From assembly GCF_963921235.1 (NCBI RefSeq), contig NC_086097.1:223760001-223824000 (forward strand): a stretch of DNA of 64,000 nucleotides. The letters are read 5' to 3'. This document shows positions 34,590 to 47,041 of the stretch, piece after piece (position 1 is the stretch's first letter; every line of letters begins with the position of its first letter). The DNA is from Mobula hypostoma. Lineage: Eukaryota. Under the pieces are notes generated by a model. The model had not been told where the DNA came from and did not search any database. It was given only the letters and a program-made list of their open reading frames with translations. A program made the position numbers and the translations under genes.

Positions 34590-34905
34590 ATAGCATGTGT
34601 GCCTCATTATAATCTGGCTTAATTTTTCATATCAGTGCAGCATTGTCAGAGATGACTTCCTACAAGTGAAGCAAAAGGTCCCATCTGTCTTTGAAAGAAT
34701 AATGAATATTGGAGGGCAATATTCAACCCTCTACCATGCTGCCAAACATATCATTTAATAATTCATCTCATTCACTGATGGTAGGAAATTGCTGTGCAAA
34801 AATTGGCAAAGACAGACACCTTTACAGAAGCCATCTTTTGAATGGAAATCTTTTTTGAATTGTCCTGAGATTATGGAAAAATACTATATTAACGTAATTT
34901 CTTTG
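34590..34905 (+). mobile_element. Old Deu-SINE-like remnant
   Basis: GTGCAGCATTGTCAGAG...GCAATATTCAACCCTC...TTGCTGTGCAAAAATTGGC...TGTCCTGAG...CTATAT resembles the Deu domain and tail as I recall them. It is highly diverged. Confidence 0.5.
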
Positions 34906-35855
34906 TCTGTGAGAAGTCCTGGACAGAATTGAAAAAAAAAAGATCCCAAGTATAAAGTAGAATTAGAAGGAATGGTGAGAGAACTCAAATTTTACAGACT
35001 TGGATCCAGAAAATTGAGGATCTAATCGCAATATGTAAAATGTTTAAATATATGTATTACATCATGAAAGAATTTCAGGCTTGCATAAACATTAAGTTGA
35101 TATCATTCAACTTATTTATCCAGAAAAAAATAATCCGCTCAATGGAATAATAACCCAGACAAAGTATTGTAGGTACTGTTAATCCACAGGCTGGCAGAGC
35201 TAAATTCTAAGTAATCGAGCATAAATGTTTTATTTCTCATATGAGCCATCTTTTATTTCACTGCAAATGCATACTATCAATATTTTTATGCTTCTGAAAG
35301 ATTGTATGCTTTATGTCACATTTGTATGACAGCTTATGTTTTTTTGGCAATTCAGTTATATCAATTACAGAAACTGTAATCTAGTTAAAAACTGCTGCTG
35401 TTTTACAAACACAAAGGTCCATAAGCAACACTGATATGAATGATTAGTTAATTTTGATTAGTGTTTTGAGATAGTTAATGCCTACCAGAAAAGGTAAATT
35501 CTTTTCCACTTCATTAAGTGCTCAGAACTGATGCATTGCCCTGGCGTGTGAGCATTACCTTTACATAATGCAGCTCACTCCCCAACAATCTGGCTTCTAT
35601 TATTTTCAAACAGTGTATTCATTCTAGGTACACCAGCCAGGGGTAACGTTCTCACATCTACTCAGACAAGACCCATAAAAGACTTGTATGTTTCTGAAGT
35701 TGTCCCGCTCTTCTATGCCCACGAGTGATAAGGCCTGGTCCAATTAAACTGCCCCCATGTGGCAAAGTCACCAACACTGGATCGGTCAGATGAGACTTTT
35801 TTTCAGTCCTCTCACAAAGTGTTTCTTTGCTTGGGTTAGGGAGATTAGACCCATA

Positions 35856-37463
35856 CAGTGACTATAAAAAGTATTTGCCCACCTTGGAAGTTTCCATGTT
35901 TTATTGTTTTACAACACTGAATCACAGTGGATTTAATTTGGCTTTTTTAACACTGATCAACAAAAGAAAGACTCTTCCGAGTCAAAGTGAAAACAGACCT
36001 CTTCAAAAGTTATCTGAATTAATTACAAATATAAAACACAAAATAATTGATTGTATAAGTATTCACCCCCTTTAATATGATGCACCAAATAATCACTGGT
36101 GCAGCCAATTGGTTTTAGAAGTCATATAGTTAGTTAAATGGAGATCATGTGCAGTCAAGGTGTTTCAATTGATTGTAGTAATGTATCTGGAAGGTCCAGT
36201 AGCTGGTCAGTCAGTATCCTGGCAAAAACTACACCTTGAAAACAAAAGAACACGCCGCAAAAAGGTTATTGAAAAGCACAAGTCAGGAGATGGATACAAG
36301 AAAATTTCCAGGTCACTGAATATCCCTTGGAGTACAGTTAAGTCAATCATCAAGAAATGGAAAGAATATGGCACAGCTGTAAATCTGCCTAGAGCAGGTT
36401 GTCCTCAAAAACTGAGTGACTGTGCAAGAAGGGGGACTAGTGAGGGAGGCCACCAAGAGACCTGTGACAACTCTGGAGGAGTTACGAGCTTCAGTGACTG
36501 AGATAGGAGAGACTGCGCATACAGCTGGGTGCCTGGGTACTTCACCAGTCACAGCTTTACAAGAGAGTGGCACAGAAAAAGCCACTGTTGAAAAAAAAAT
36601 GCACATGAACCGTCAGTTAGAGTTTGGCAGGAGGCACGTGGGAGACTCTGAAGTCAGCCGGAGGAAGGTTCTATAGTCTGATGAAACCAATATTGGGCTT
36701 TTTGGCCATCAGTCTAAACGCTATGTTTGGCGTAAGCTAAACACCACATGTCATCAAAAACACATCATCCCTACCATGAAGTATGGTGGTAGCTGCATCA
36801 TGTGTGGGGTTGCTTCACTACAGCAGGTCCTGAAAGGCTTGTGAAGGTAGAGGGTAAAACGAATGCAGCAAAACGCAAGGAAATCCTGGAGGAAAACCTG
36901 ATGTAGTATGCAAGAGAACTGCGACTTGGAAGAAGATCTGTTTTCCAGCAAATGACCCCCAAGTATAAAGCCAAGCTACAGAGGAATGGCTTCAAAAGAA
37001 CAAATTTAATGTCCTGGAGTGAAAAGTCAGAGTCCAGGCCACAATCCAATTGAGAATTTGTGCCTGGATTTGAAAAGGGCTGTTAACTCATGATCCCCAT
37101 GCAATCTAACAGAGCTTGAGCTTGAGCAGTTTTGTGAAGAAGAATGGGGAATAATTGCAGTGTCCAGATGTGCAAAGCTGATAGAGACCTATCCACACAG
37201 ACTCAAGGCTGTAATTACTGCCAAAGGCGCACCTACTAAATACTGGCTTGAAGGAGGTGAATAATTATTCAATCAGTTATTTTGAGTTTAACAATTGTAA
37301 TAAATTTAGACCAATGTGTAGAAATGTGTTTTCACTTTGACACGAAAGAGTCATTTCTGTTGATCAGTGTCAAAAAGGCCAAATTAAATCCACTGTGATT
37401 CAATGTTGTAAAACATGTAAACTTCCATGGGGGTGGGGGGAGGTGAATACTCTTTAAGCACTG
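35856..37463 (+). mobile_element. Full-length Tc1-like transposon (IR/DR type), inactive
   Basis: TA|CAGTG...CACTG|TA termini with ~210-bp TIRs carrying inner direct repeats (TATTCACCCCC). Confidence 0.95.
36236..37246 (+). pseudogene. Tc1 transposase pseudogene
   Basis: Motifs KHKSGDGYKKISRSLNIPWSTVKSIIKKWKEYG, VL*SDET, KYGGSCIM, NPIENL and AVITAKGAPTKY. The start codon is mutated to TTG, with stops and frameshifts. Confidence 0.9.
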
Positions 37464-37879
37464 TACATAATGTTCCCGATGCAGTCCCACCAGGGCCTAG
37501 ATAACTGGAGGAAGATGTTTCAAATTATGCACTCAAATCCTCTGACAATTAAGGCCAATACTTACTGTTTGGCTTCTCATTGCTGTATCTTCATGTTAAG
37601 AGTCTCGTGTACAAGGACACCCAGGTCCCTCTGAACACCAAAATATTTTAATCTACCTTTAAAAAAAATCTCTGCCTTTCTGTTTTTATCATCAAGGTGG
37701 TTAACCAGCTTCTTTCACATTGCGTTCCATACCTAGAAGGTTTCATTTTGCTTTCTGAATATTTGCACCATCCTTCTCTCAATCCACACTTCCATGCAGT
37801 TTTGTCTTGTCAACAAATTTGAATATATCACTCCTGGCTCCCTCAGTTAAACCATAGAGAAAGCTGGGACCTTAGAATT

Positions 37880-38236
37880 AAACGCAAACAACAGGAATTC
37901 TGCAGATGCTGGAAATTCAAGCAACACACATCAAAGTTGCTGGTGAACGCAGCAGGCCAAGCAGCATCTGTAGGAAGAGGTGCAGTCAACGTTTCAGGCC
38001 GAGACCCTTCGTCAGGACTAACTGAAGGAAGAGCGAGTAAGGGATTTGAAAGCTGGAGGGGGAGGGGGAGATCCAAAATGATAGGAGAAGACAGGAGGGG
38101 GAGGGATAGAGCCGAGAGCTGGACAGGTGATAGGCAAAAGGGGATACGAGAGGATCATGGGACAGGAGGTCCGGGGAGAAAGACAAGGGGGGTGGGTGGG
38201 GGGTGGGGGGAACCCAGAGGAACCCAGATGGGGAAC
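37880..38236 (-). mobile_element. PLE terminal fragment with hammerhead and extended tail
   Basis: Highly similar to 24550-24850. The tail is extended by TTGAATTTCCAGCATCTGCAGAATTCC. Confidence 0.88.
37983..38020 (-). ncRNA. Minimal type-I hammerhead ribozyme motif, core intact
   Basis: The minus strand reads UAGUC CUGACGA AGG GUCUCGG CCU GAAA C GUU GACUG. It has a GUU (NUH) triplet and a 5-bp stem I. Confidence 0.75.
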
Positions 38237-38950
38237 ACCCCCATGAGTCATAGAGACAGGTTTAGTGCCAGAAACCCCACTGTGACTTTCCACTGCTATG
38301 TTAACCCCTCCCAACAGCGTCCAAAGTGATATACCTGTTGTTGAGGGGGATGGTCACAGGAGTAGTCTGCACTGGAACCTTAATCCCTTTCCCCTTCCTG
38401 ACTGTCCCCCAGTCACCTGTGTCCTGCACCTTGGCTGTAACTACCTCTCTATATGTCCTATCTATCAACCCTTCAGCCTCCTGAATGATCAGGAGTTCAT
38501 CCAGTTCCAGCTCCAACTCCTTAACGTGGATTGTCAGTAGCTGCAACTGGATGCACTTCTGGTTGTCAGAGACACTGGAGATCTCCCTGCCTTCCCGCAT
38601 TCCTCAAGAGGCGCATTCAGCTATCCTGCCTGACATCTCTGTCGTCCTAGCTGGGGGGGGGGGGAGAGAGGAAAAAAAAACTTAACCTTCAGCTTTTCTT
38701 TCCTTTGCTTTCGCTGACTGAAGCTTCTCTTCGTTGAAGTCTTGAACAGTTAAAGCCTCAAGATCCCCACTCTGATTCTGTCCAATCAGATGATGGCCAC
38801 TGTGATGAGGGCCACTGCATTCGCCCCAGGTGTCCTTTAATGTACTGCTGCTAATCAATCCCAAACGCCGCTTGGTTGCTGGTCAAAGCTCCTTTTCGCT
38901 CTAGCGACCGGCTGCTGGCTTTTCTACTCAAGCAGGGGACCCAAGTGAAA
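38237..38950 (-). mobile_element. CR1 5' fragment (5' UTR and ORF1 N-terminus)
   Basis: KCIQLQLLTIHVKELELELDEL...IPLNNRY is homologous to ORF1 at 42650-43000. The UTR boundary is approximate. Confidence 0.75.
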
Positions 38951-40447
38951 TCTCTTCCTCTTAAAACTTCCTATGTCCAGATTGGTTACAGGTCAAGGCT
39001 CTTTTTCTACTGTGAATGCCTGCAAGAAAATGAATGTGAGGGTAGTATGCAGTAACATATATATATATAGATAATAAATTTGAACTTTGAACTTCATTGA
39101 AGCCCACTTGGAAGTTCAAACCAACAGTTTTAACTTATTGATTTAGTTTGTTCAAACATCACAATACTCTAACATATTTGTCAATTACTTTCTAAGTGGT
39201 CTGGTGTTCCCTAACCGTGACCTGTATTTTTGCCAGTTTCTGTCACATATTCTTCAATGACAAATCTTGTAAAAGAAGGACTTTTGACGTGCAAGTTCTC
39301 TTATTAACACATTGACTTGAACCATTGAATTTCCAGTGCCAGGTTCTCAAACATCACTTTTTGGCTTACCATAAGCCAACTGTTTATAGTGTCTAAGACC
39401 ATAAGATATAGGAGAAGAATTAGTCCATTTGGCCCATCAAGACTGCTCCAAAGGCATCTTAATATTTTTGGTATTCATCTTTCTGTGAAACCTTTACCAA
39501 ATCGTTTAGACTTAATATTGAGTTTAATAGCTATTTTCATGTTCTGGCACTTCAGAAATGGTAATGCAGGATGTTGCATTAAAGTCTTTGGGGATGGAAT
39601 AAGTAAGGGCTGGCGCATGGGGTTGGAATTCTCTGCAGTAAAAGAGGAGATTCTCTCACCATGGATTCCATACATTCATCTGCCACGTTCCCAGCCTCTC
39701 ATCTTTGCAGAGTTTTCTATGTTTCTCTTTCCAATGCTCACCTTCGGTCCCCTCCCATCTCTCACATGCACAGCTATTTTGATGCAGCCAAATTCTGCTC
39801 CTTTAGACTTATAACTCGTATATTTACTTCTCCCATCACCCATCCTTTTAAACATTTGATCTTTCCTCCTCTCTTCCCTGTCACAACTCTCCCTTTGTTC
39901 TCTGAAGCTCTCTGAAGCTGAATCCTAACCATTTGTTCCCTATACTTTGTGGGCAATTGGTCACAGCTCCAGCAATTCCCAGTTCAGATGAAGGGTCATC
40001 AGTTCAGAAGCTAACTTGTTTCTTTCTTCATGGACTGACTGACCAGCGGAGCATTTCCAATTTCTTTTCTGTTTTCTTATCTCAGACTTTAAGCAGCGTT
40101 TTACTTGCTCTATCACTTTCTGCTTTAGTATGCAGAGATTCCTGGGTAATCACTGTGTTGATGGGCTAATGCTACTTTCATGTGCCATACTGAATCTGCC
40201 AACATTTCAAATGTATCTGGAATAACTTAAAATAATCTTCCATTTCACTTCCTTTCTGGTCCAGTCAAATAACATTCCATGCTCCTTTAGTCAGAAACCT
40301 GCCCTAGTTTACATTCAGGGTCTATTTTTGTAACAGCTCTTTCAGCAGTTTGTTTGTTAGCCGTTTCTTTTCGTGAGTTGTTAATTTTTAAAAAAGTCCA
40401 TAGTATTGCATCAACATGACAGCTGTTCCATTAATGCCATTAGGGGA

Positions 40448-40501
40448 ATTGCATTCCAAAGAGAGACCAGAGATATCTTTGGTTTCTCTTTGGAATGCAA
40501 T
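40448..40501. repeat. 54-bp near-perfect palindrome
   Basis: ATTGCATTCCAAAGAGAGACCAGAGAT | ATCTTTGGTTTCTCTTTGGAATGCAAT, with two mismatches that are both G-T on the + strand. Confidence 0.95.
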
Positions 40502-41299
40502 ATCCAGTAACTCCTACAAAACATTAATTAAAGTTATTGATTAATTCTAATAAATAAAAACTACTTGCATTGATTAAATAAATTGTAAATTAGTGCTTAC
40601 GGCATTTAATCACATACTGAATTTGCAGATGAAGTCCATTAGTTTTTGTTGGAAAGGGAAAACAAAAACCCAAGTTTAAACAGTGCATTTTAGAGGATTT
40701 TGTCTAGAATATTTTGCTTTAACATGTAATGACACCTGCTAAAGGGCAAATTCAGCAAGTGGCTTTATTTAACTTTGAAGGTGGGTAAGGCCCAAGTATT
40801 CATTGTCAGCTGTCCTGAGTTTTTCTTTCCCTACTGAGTGTCCTCCCCAGCTTTCGACAGGATGCTCTTCCTGAGAATTGTTTGTAACCCAGGCAGGACG
40901 TGTATGTGTCAGAGGGGATCCGTGGCACTTGTTGGTATAGATGAGTTTCTTTCAGTGACATCTTTCTGGAATCCTGGACGTTGTAAATTTTGATGAACTG
41001 AAAACCCGTGGACTGTAGTTACTTGCTTGGGATCACTGCGAGGTGTGGAAATTTGGTGTATTTCTGCATCACAGCCCAATACTTTTCGTTTAGAATTTTA
41101 TATTTTCTCTCTCTGGACAAAATTAGTCTGGATTTAACTGCACAGTGTCCCTATGTTCGGTGCTGTCAAACAATGCTTTCACTGCTATTTTGGAGAATAA
41201 TGTCAAATAATTTATGTTTTTTAATTGGCTTTTATTTTGTGATTCTCTTTTTGATATACCATAACTTGAAATGTTGGCAATGATGATACCAGATGCTGT

Positions 41300-41910
41300 C
41301 TGCTGTGACATGTTGGAGGTTATTCTGCTGTATCAAGCATTGGTCTGAATTTGGAGGTCTGTGTGCAGTTCTGGTCTCCATACTATGGGAAGGACGTGAT
41401 TAGTACTGGACAGGGTGCAGATGAGATTCACTAGGTTGTTGCCTGGGATGGATTTTTTAGTTGTGAGGAGGGACTGGGTTTGTTTCCTCTAGAGTGGAGG
41501 AGATTAAGAGGGGATGCAGAGGAATGTAAAATTATGGGGTGTATAAATAGGGTAGATTGCCGATATCTGTTCCGATTAGAGGTGGATAAATCTAGATTTA
41601 TAGGGGATCTGAGGGGACCTTTTACACCCAGAGAGTGGCAAGTATCTTGAATAAACTTGAAGGGTCTCGGCCCGAAACATCGACTGTACCTCTTCCTAGA
41701 GATGCTGCCTGGCCTGCTGCGTTCACCAGCAACTTTGATGTGTGTTGCCAGAGAGAGTGGTGGAAACAGAGTTACTGATGGCATTCTCGGTGAGCACTTA
41801 ATTGCCTGGGCATAGAAAGTTATGAGCCAGGTGCTGAAAGATGGGATTAACGTGGATGGGTGCCCACTGTAGATTTAGTGAGCTGGATAACCTAGTTCCA
41901 AGCTAAGTGA
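41300..41910 (+). mobile_element. Degenerate CR1 3' fragment containing a short PLE insert
   Basis: Motifs CVQFWSPYYGKDV, FPLEWRRLRGD and TQRV-like. Confidence 0.75.
41658..41748 (+). mobile_element. 91-bp PLE tail insertion starting inside the hammerhead core
   Basis: TGAAGGGTCTCGGCCCGAAACATCGACTG...GATGTGTGTTGC. Confidence 0.85.
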
Positions 41911-42249
41911 CTCACGCCATAACATAAAGATAAGAGACACGTTACTGCCTTTTGTAACATAGTATTTGTGTTTCCCTGTCATTTCGCCACAGAGAGGAAA
42001 TAGAAATAAGGTTAAGCATTAGAGACAGGGAGCAGTTTAGGGAGGCAAACCGAAATAAAACCGGTTACATTTCAGTACTTCAATTTGTATTTTTGTAAAA
42101 TGAGGTAAATGGCAAGTCAATTAGGAAAGCATTTTATTGAATGTGTGATATATTTCTGCAGAGTGAGTCATTATAAACTCAACTTGGGATATGGCACAGC
42201 TTCGAATGTCTCATTTTTCAACAGCAACTTTTGTTTATTGTTGAAGGTA

Positions 42250-45200
42250 ATATTTGCAGATGGTACAACCAATGTTGGCAGAATCTCAGATGGTGACAAG
42301 AGCATGTACAGGAGTGAGATATACCAGCTAGCTGAGTGGTGCCACAGCAACAACTGGCACTCAATGTTAGTAAGACCAAAGAGCTGATTGTGGACTTCAG
42401 AAAGGGTAAGGTGAGGGAACGTGCAACTATCCTCAGAGAGCGATCAGAAGTGGAGAGAGAGAGCAGTTTGACGTTCCTGGGTGTTAATATCTCTGTGGAC
42501 CTTACTGGATCCCAACATATCAGCATTAGTGGAGGAGGGAGGAGGGAGGGGGGAGACACACACGCACAGGTCCGGGAAAAGAGTTTAAAAAAGGAGCGTT
42601 TCGCAGGGCTCGGCGCATTAGAATAGTGGGTATGACTCGAGGCCAGTTTTGATTCTGGGTGTCAGATGTGGGATGTCTGGGAGACGTCCAGCCTCCCTGA
42701 TGGCCACATCTGCTCCAGGTGCATTGAGCTGCAGCTCCTTAGAAACTGAGTTAGGGAACTGGAGCTGTAGCTCGATGACCTTCAGCTTGTTAGGGAGAGA
42801 CAGGAGCTACAGACGGGTCGTTACCCCGGGGCCAGAGGAGACAGATAAGTGGGTGACCATCAGGAGAGGGAAGGGAAGGCATCAGGTAGTGGAGAGCACC
42901 CCTGTGGCTGTCCCCCTTAACAATAAGTACTCCATTCTGAGTGCTGTTGGGGGGGGGCTGCCTGGGGGAAGCAACAGTGGCACTGAGTCTGGCCCTGTGG
43001 CTCAGAAGGGTAGGGAATGGAAGAAGAAGGCAGTGGTAATAGGGGACTCTATAGTTAGGGGAACAGATAGGCAATTCTGTGGATGTGAAAAAGAAACAAG
43101 GATGGTAGTTTGCCTCCCAGGTGCCAGAGTTCGTGATGTTTCTGAGCATGTTCGCAATATGGGAGGGTGAGCAGCCAGAGGTGACATGGGTAGAAGAAGG
43201 GAGGAGGTCCTGAAAGCTGAATACAGGGAGTTAGGAAGGTAACTGAGAAGCAGGTAGTAATCTAGGGATTGCTGCCTGTGCCACACAACAGTGAGTATAG
43301 GAGTAGAATGAGGGGGAGGATAAATGCGTGGCTGAGGGATTAGAGCAGGGGGCAGGGATTCAGATTTTTGGATCACTGGGACTTCTTCTGGGGCAGATGT
43401 GACCTGGACAAAAAGGATGGGTTGCACTTGAATCTGAGGGAGACCAGTATCCTGGCGGGGAGGTTTGCTAATGCTATTGGGGAGGGCTTAAACTAGATTT
43501 GCAGGGAGATGAGAACTGAAGTGAAGAGGCAGAGGATGGGGAGGTTGGAGCACAAGTAGAGACAGCTTGTAGGGAGTTTGTGAGGAAGGATAAGCAGATG
43601 TCAGAGCAAAGATGCACTCAGCCTAATGGTTTGAGATGTGTCTATTTCAATGCAGGGAGTATCATAAACAAGGTGGATGAACTTAAGAGTGTGGATCAAT
43701 ACGTGGAACTGTGACGTTGTGGCAATTACAGAGGCTTGGATGTCTCAGGAGCGGGAATGGCTGCTGAGTGTGTCAGGCTTTAGATCTTTTGAGAGGGAGG
43801 CAAAAGAGGTGGGGGCGTGGCATTGTTACTCAGGGATAGTATCACAGCTGCAGAAAAGGAGGAAGTCATGGAGGGATTGTCTAATCAGTCAGTGTGGGTG
43901 GAAGTCAGAGACAGGAAAGGGGCAATAACTCCACTGGGTGTTTTTACAGACTTCCCAATAGTAACAGGGATATAGGGGAGCAGATAGGGAGGCAGATTCT
44001 GGAATGGTGCAATAATAACATGGTTGTTGTGATGGGTGATTTTAACTTTCCTAATACTGACTGGCATCTCCTTAGCGCAAGAGGTTTAGATGGGGTGGAA
44101 TTTGTTAGGTGTGTTCAGGAACGTTTCCTGACACAATATGTAGATAAGCCAACTAGAGGAGAGGCTGCACTTGATCTGGTGTTGGAAAATGAACCTGGTC
44201 AGGTGTCAGATCTCTCGGTGGGAGAGCATTTTGGAGGTGGTGATCACAACTCTATCTCCTTCACCATAGCGCTGGAGAGGGATAGGAGCAGACAATTTGG
44301 GAAAACGTAGGGGGAAATATGATGCTATTAGGCAGGAACTTAGGAGCAGATGTTCTCAGGGAAATGCACAGCAGAAATCTGGCAAATTTTCGGGGAACGT
44401 TTGCATGGAGTTCTGCATAGGTATGTTCCATTAAGACAGGGAAAGGATGATAGACTTAAGGAACCATGGTGGACAGAGTCTGTAGAAAATCTAGTTAAGA
44501 AGAAAAGAAGAGCTTATGAAAGGTTCAAGAAACTAAGTATTGTTCGAGTTCTAGAAAATTACGAGGGTGCCAGGAAGGAGCTCAAGAATGAAATTAGGTG
44601 AGCCAGAAGGGACCATGAGAAGGCCTTGGTGAGCAGGATAAAGGAAAACCCCAAGGCATTCTACAAGTATGTGAAGAGCAAGAGGATAAGCTATGTGAGA
44701 ATAGAACCAATCAGGTACAATAGTGGAAACATGTGCCTGGAGTTGGAGGAGGTACTTTGCTTCAGTATTCACCAGGGAAAAAGACCTTGGAAATTGTGGG
44801 GATGACTTATAGCGGACTGAAACGCTTGAGCATATAAACATTAAGAAAGAGGATCTGGAGCTTTTGAAAAGCATTAAGTTAGATAAGTCACTGGGACCGG
44901 ATGAGATATACCCAGGTTACTGTGAGAAGTGAGGGAGGAGATTGCTGAGCCTCTTGCGATGATCTTGGCATCATCAATAGGGACGGGAGAAGTACCAGAG
45001 GATTGGAGGGTAGCAAATGTTGTTCCCTTGTTCAAGAAAGGGAGAAGAGATAACCAGGGAAATTATAGACCAGTGAGTTTGACTTCAGTGGTGGGCAAGT
45101 TGTTGGAGAAGATCCTGAGAGGCAGGATTTATGAGCATTTGAAAACACATAATCTGATTAGGGATAGTCAGCATGGCTTTGTCAAGGGCAAGTCATGCCT

Positions 45201-47004
45201 TACAAGCCTAAGTAAATTATTTGAGGATGTAACAAAGCAAATTGATGAAGGTAGAGCAGTGGATGTAGTGTATATGGATTTCAGTAAGGCATTTGATAAG
45301 GTTCCCCATGCAAGGCTCCTTCAGAAAGTAAGGAGGCATGGGATCCAAGGAGACCTTGCTTTGTGGATCCATAATTGGCTTGCCTACAGAAGGCAAAGTG
45401 TAGTTGTAGATGGGTCATATTCTGCATGGAGACCAGTGGTGTTCAGCAGGAATCTGTTCCGGGACCCCTCCTGTTTGTGATTTTTATAAATGACCTGATG
45501 AAGAAGTAGAAGGGTGTGTTAGTAAGTTTGTGATGACACAAAGGTTAAGAGTGTCAGAGGGTCTGAAGGGTTGTCAGAGGTTACAGCGGGACATCGATAG
45601 GATGCAGAACTGGGCTGAGAAGTGGCAGATAAATGTGAAGTGGTGCATTTTGGTAGGTCCAATCTGAAGACAGAATATAATATAAATGGTAAGACTCTGG
45701 GCAGTGTGGAGGATCTGAGAGATTTTGAGATCCATGTCCACAGGACACTCAAAGCTGCTGCGCAGGTTCACAGTGCTGTTAAGAAGATGTATGGTGTGTT
45801 GGTACTCATCACCCGTGGAATTGAGTTCAAGAGCCGTGAGGTAATGTTACAGCTATATGAGACCTTGATCAGACCCCACTTGGAGTACTGTGTACTGTTC
45901 TGGTCACCTCACTATAGGAAGGATGTGGATACTATAGAGAGAGTGCAGAGGAGATTTACAAGGATGTTGCCTGGATTGGAGGGTGTACCTTATGAGAATA
46001 GGTTGAGTGTATTTGGCCTTTTCTCCTTGGAGTGACGGAGGATGAGTGGTGACCTGGTAGAGGTGTATGATGAGAGGCATTGATTGTGCAGATAGCCAGA
46101 GGCTTTTTCCCAGGGCTGAAATGGCTAGCACGAGAGGGCATAGATTTAAGGTGCTGGGAAATAGATATCGACGGGATGTCAGGGGTAAGTTTTTCAGACA
46201 GAGAGTGGTGGGTGTGTGGAATGCATTGCTGGTGGTGGTGTTGGAAACGGATGCAATAGGGTCTTTTAAGAGCCTCTTATATAGGTATATGGAGCTTAGA
46301 AAAATAGAGGGCTATGCGCTGGGGAAATTCTAGGCAGTCTCTAGAGTAGGTTACATGGTCGGCACAACATTGCAGGTCAAAGGGCCTGTAATGTGCTGTA
46401 AATTTCTGTCGATGCAGCTATAAAGAAGGCAAGACCATAGCTATGTTTCATTTGACGTTTGAGAAGATTTGGTTTTTCATCTAAATCACTCACAAATTTC
46501 TGCCAATGTACCTTGGAGAACATTCTGACTGGCTGCATCACTGTCTGGTATGGAAGTTGGGGGTGGGGGGTGGTTACCTCACGGAATTGAAGTAAGCTGC
46601 AGAGTGTTTTAAATTTAGTCAGCTCCATCATGGGTACTAGCCTCTGTAGTATCCAAGACACCTTCAAGGAGCGGTGCCTCAAAAAGGCGACGTCCATCAT
46701 GAAGGACCCTCACCACCCAGGACATGCCCTCTTCTCACTGTAACCATGAGCCTGAAGGCACACACTCAATGATTCAGCAGCAGCCTCTTCCCCTGTGCTA
46801 TCTGATTTCTGAATGGACATTGAACACATGAACACCACCTCGTCACTCTTTTATTTCTGTTTTTTTTGCACTACTTATTTAATTTAACACAGACACACAG
46901 TAATTCACTATTTTATTTGCTATGTTGTCATATATTTACATTGTTCTGCTGCCGCAAAGTTTACAAATGTCGTGGCATGTGCTGGGGATACTAAAGCTGA
47001 TTCT
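42250..47004 (+). mobile_element. Rex1/Babar LINE 3' part, split by a near-full-length CR1
   Basis: The left piece (42250-42521) reads FADGTT...LNVSKTKELIVDFRK...SQHI. The right piece (from 46409) continues DAAIKKAR...KDPHHPGHALFSL and ends in a CTGATTCT tail. Confidence 0.85.
42522..46408 (+). mobile_element. Near-full-length decayed CR1 LINE (ORF1 with SGNH-esterase-like domain, ORF2 EN-RT, 3' UTR)
   Basis: ORF1 has VPLNNKY, VIGDSIVRG, CLPGARV and DGLHLN. ORF2 has CVYFNA, GDFNFP, DHN, NYRPVSLTSVVGK, QHGF, DFSKAFDKV and RPHLEYC, with multiple disablements. Confidence 0.93.
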
Positions 47005-47041
47005 AAAGAAAGGTGGCATTGTGATGCAACTACTAGAGTTA

